Of a DNA stretch of 64,000 nt, positions 63,213-64,000 are shown in pieces. A program made the position numbers and the translations under genes. The stretch lies in NCBI GenBank assembly GCA_002104945.1, contig MCFH01000031.1, positions 1-64,000 of the forward strand, in the 5' to 3' direction. Position 1 is the stretch's first letter, and every line of letters begins with the position of its first letter. The notes below the pieces were generated by a model. It did no database searches. It worked only from the letters and a program-made list of their open reading frames with translations, and had not been told where the DNA came from. Source of the DNA: Piromyces finnis finn (taxonomy: Eukaryota; Fungi; Neocallimastigomycota).

Positions 63213-64000
63213 GTTAGTCATCTAATATTTATTAGAATCTTTATATATAATTTAATATTTAGTAAATATCATTCATCATCATTCATTATAAGTATTATTT
63301 ATATCATTCTGCTATCATATTTGTTATTAATGTAATCTGAATATTTTAAATAAACATTTATATTTATTTCTTTCATAGTGTTTTAATTAATATAACTTAT
63401 TTATTGATGGATGGATCAATATTATTATAGTATAATATTCACATTATTTATTATTATATTCATTCATCAATTAACAATTAATTACTACACTTATATAAAT
63501 ATTAATAACAAATAAGGCAATAATTTTTTATAGCATATTATTATGGACACACAATAATATTAAAACATATAAAAATTCATCATAATAAAATTAATTCATA
63601 CCAAAAGGTTCAAAGGATGACGATAATTTTAAAAGAGGGATTCATATAAGGAACAGAAATCTTTGTTGGTTTTGTTATTTAGAATTATTTGCGTTTAACC
63701 AATCAATTTCATTCATCCTTCATTTCTATTGTATGTAATTCATGTAGGACAAACGTATTTAAAATTCAATAAAATTTATTCTCAATACATTGATCTACAT
63801 TAATTGATACATTGTATCTTTTTGTAATTTTAAATACATACAATTTTAGTCTTTAAAATAATATTATTAAATAATTTAATAAGTAATAATAATAAATATA
63901 TTCAAAAATAAATCCAATCATTTATTTTAATCAATTAAATTATATAAAAAAATATAAAAAATATAGAGATTGTTAATGATATTATTTAATAATAATAATA

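Noticed and set aside
63600-63850. GC-richer patch upstream of RPS7 with a short inverted repeat (aaggatga/tcatcctt)
   Set aside because: There is no D box, no long ORF and no terminal structure. It could be a remnant or part of a gene outside the window, but the evidence is insufficient.

Overview
Extremely AT-rich eukaryotic genomic DNA with short GT-AG introns and long (AAT)n and homopolymer tracts. This pattern plus the fungal-type proteins suggests an anaerobic gut fungus (Neocallimastigomycota); this is inference, not a database match. I can support 14 protein-coding genes: a DH-PH RhoGEF, GPKOW/Spp2, an Atf1-type bZIP, an orphan with a CUE/UBA-like helix bundle, MED1, IML2/TTC39, SEC4/Rab8, a protein with a possible MLKL-like N-terminus and Roco-associated C-terminal domain, an MTP-type cation diffusion facilitator, SFH1/SNF5 with a GATA finger, a Rua1-like Zn protein, a PASK-like kinase, DBP2 and RPS7. 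The most notable non-genic feature lies in a 12.6-kb gene-free interval. It is a complete, apparently young ~535-bp retroposed element on the minus strand (21343-21877) with a tRNA-like A/B-box head, a 48-nt poly(A) tail, a 13-17-bp target-site duplication and a TT|AAAA insertion site, i.e. a candidate SINE. Also notable are a near-perfect 3x155-bp tandem repeat and long (AAT)n tracts that abut splice sites with a consistent orientation. No rRNA, true tRNA or CRISPR array was seen. Exon boundaries were read by eye and no searches were run.
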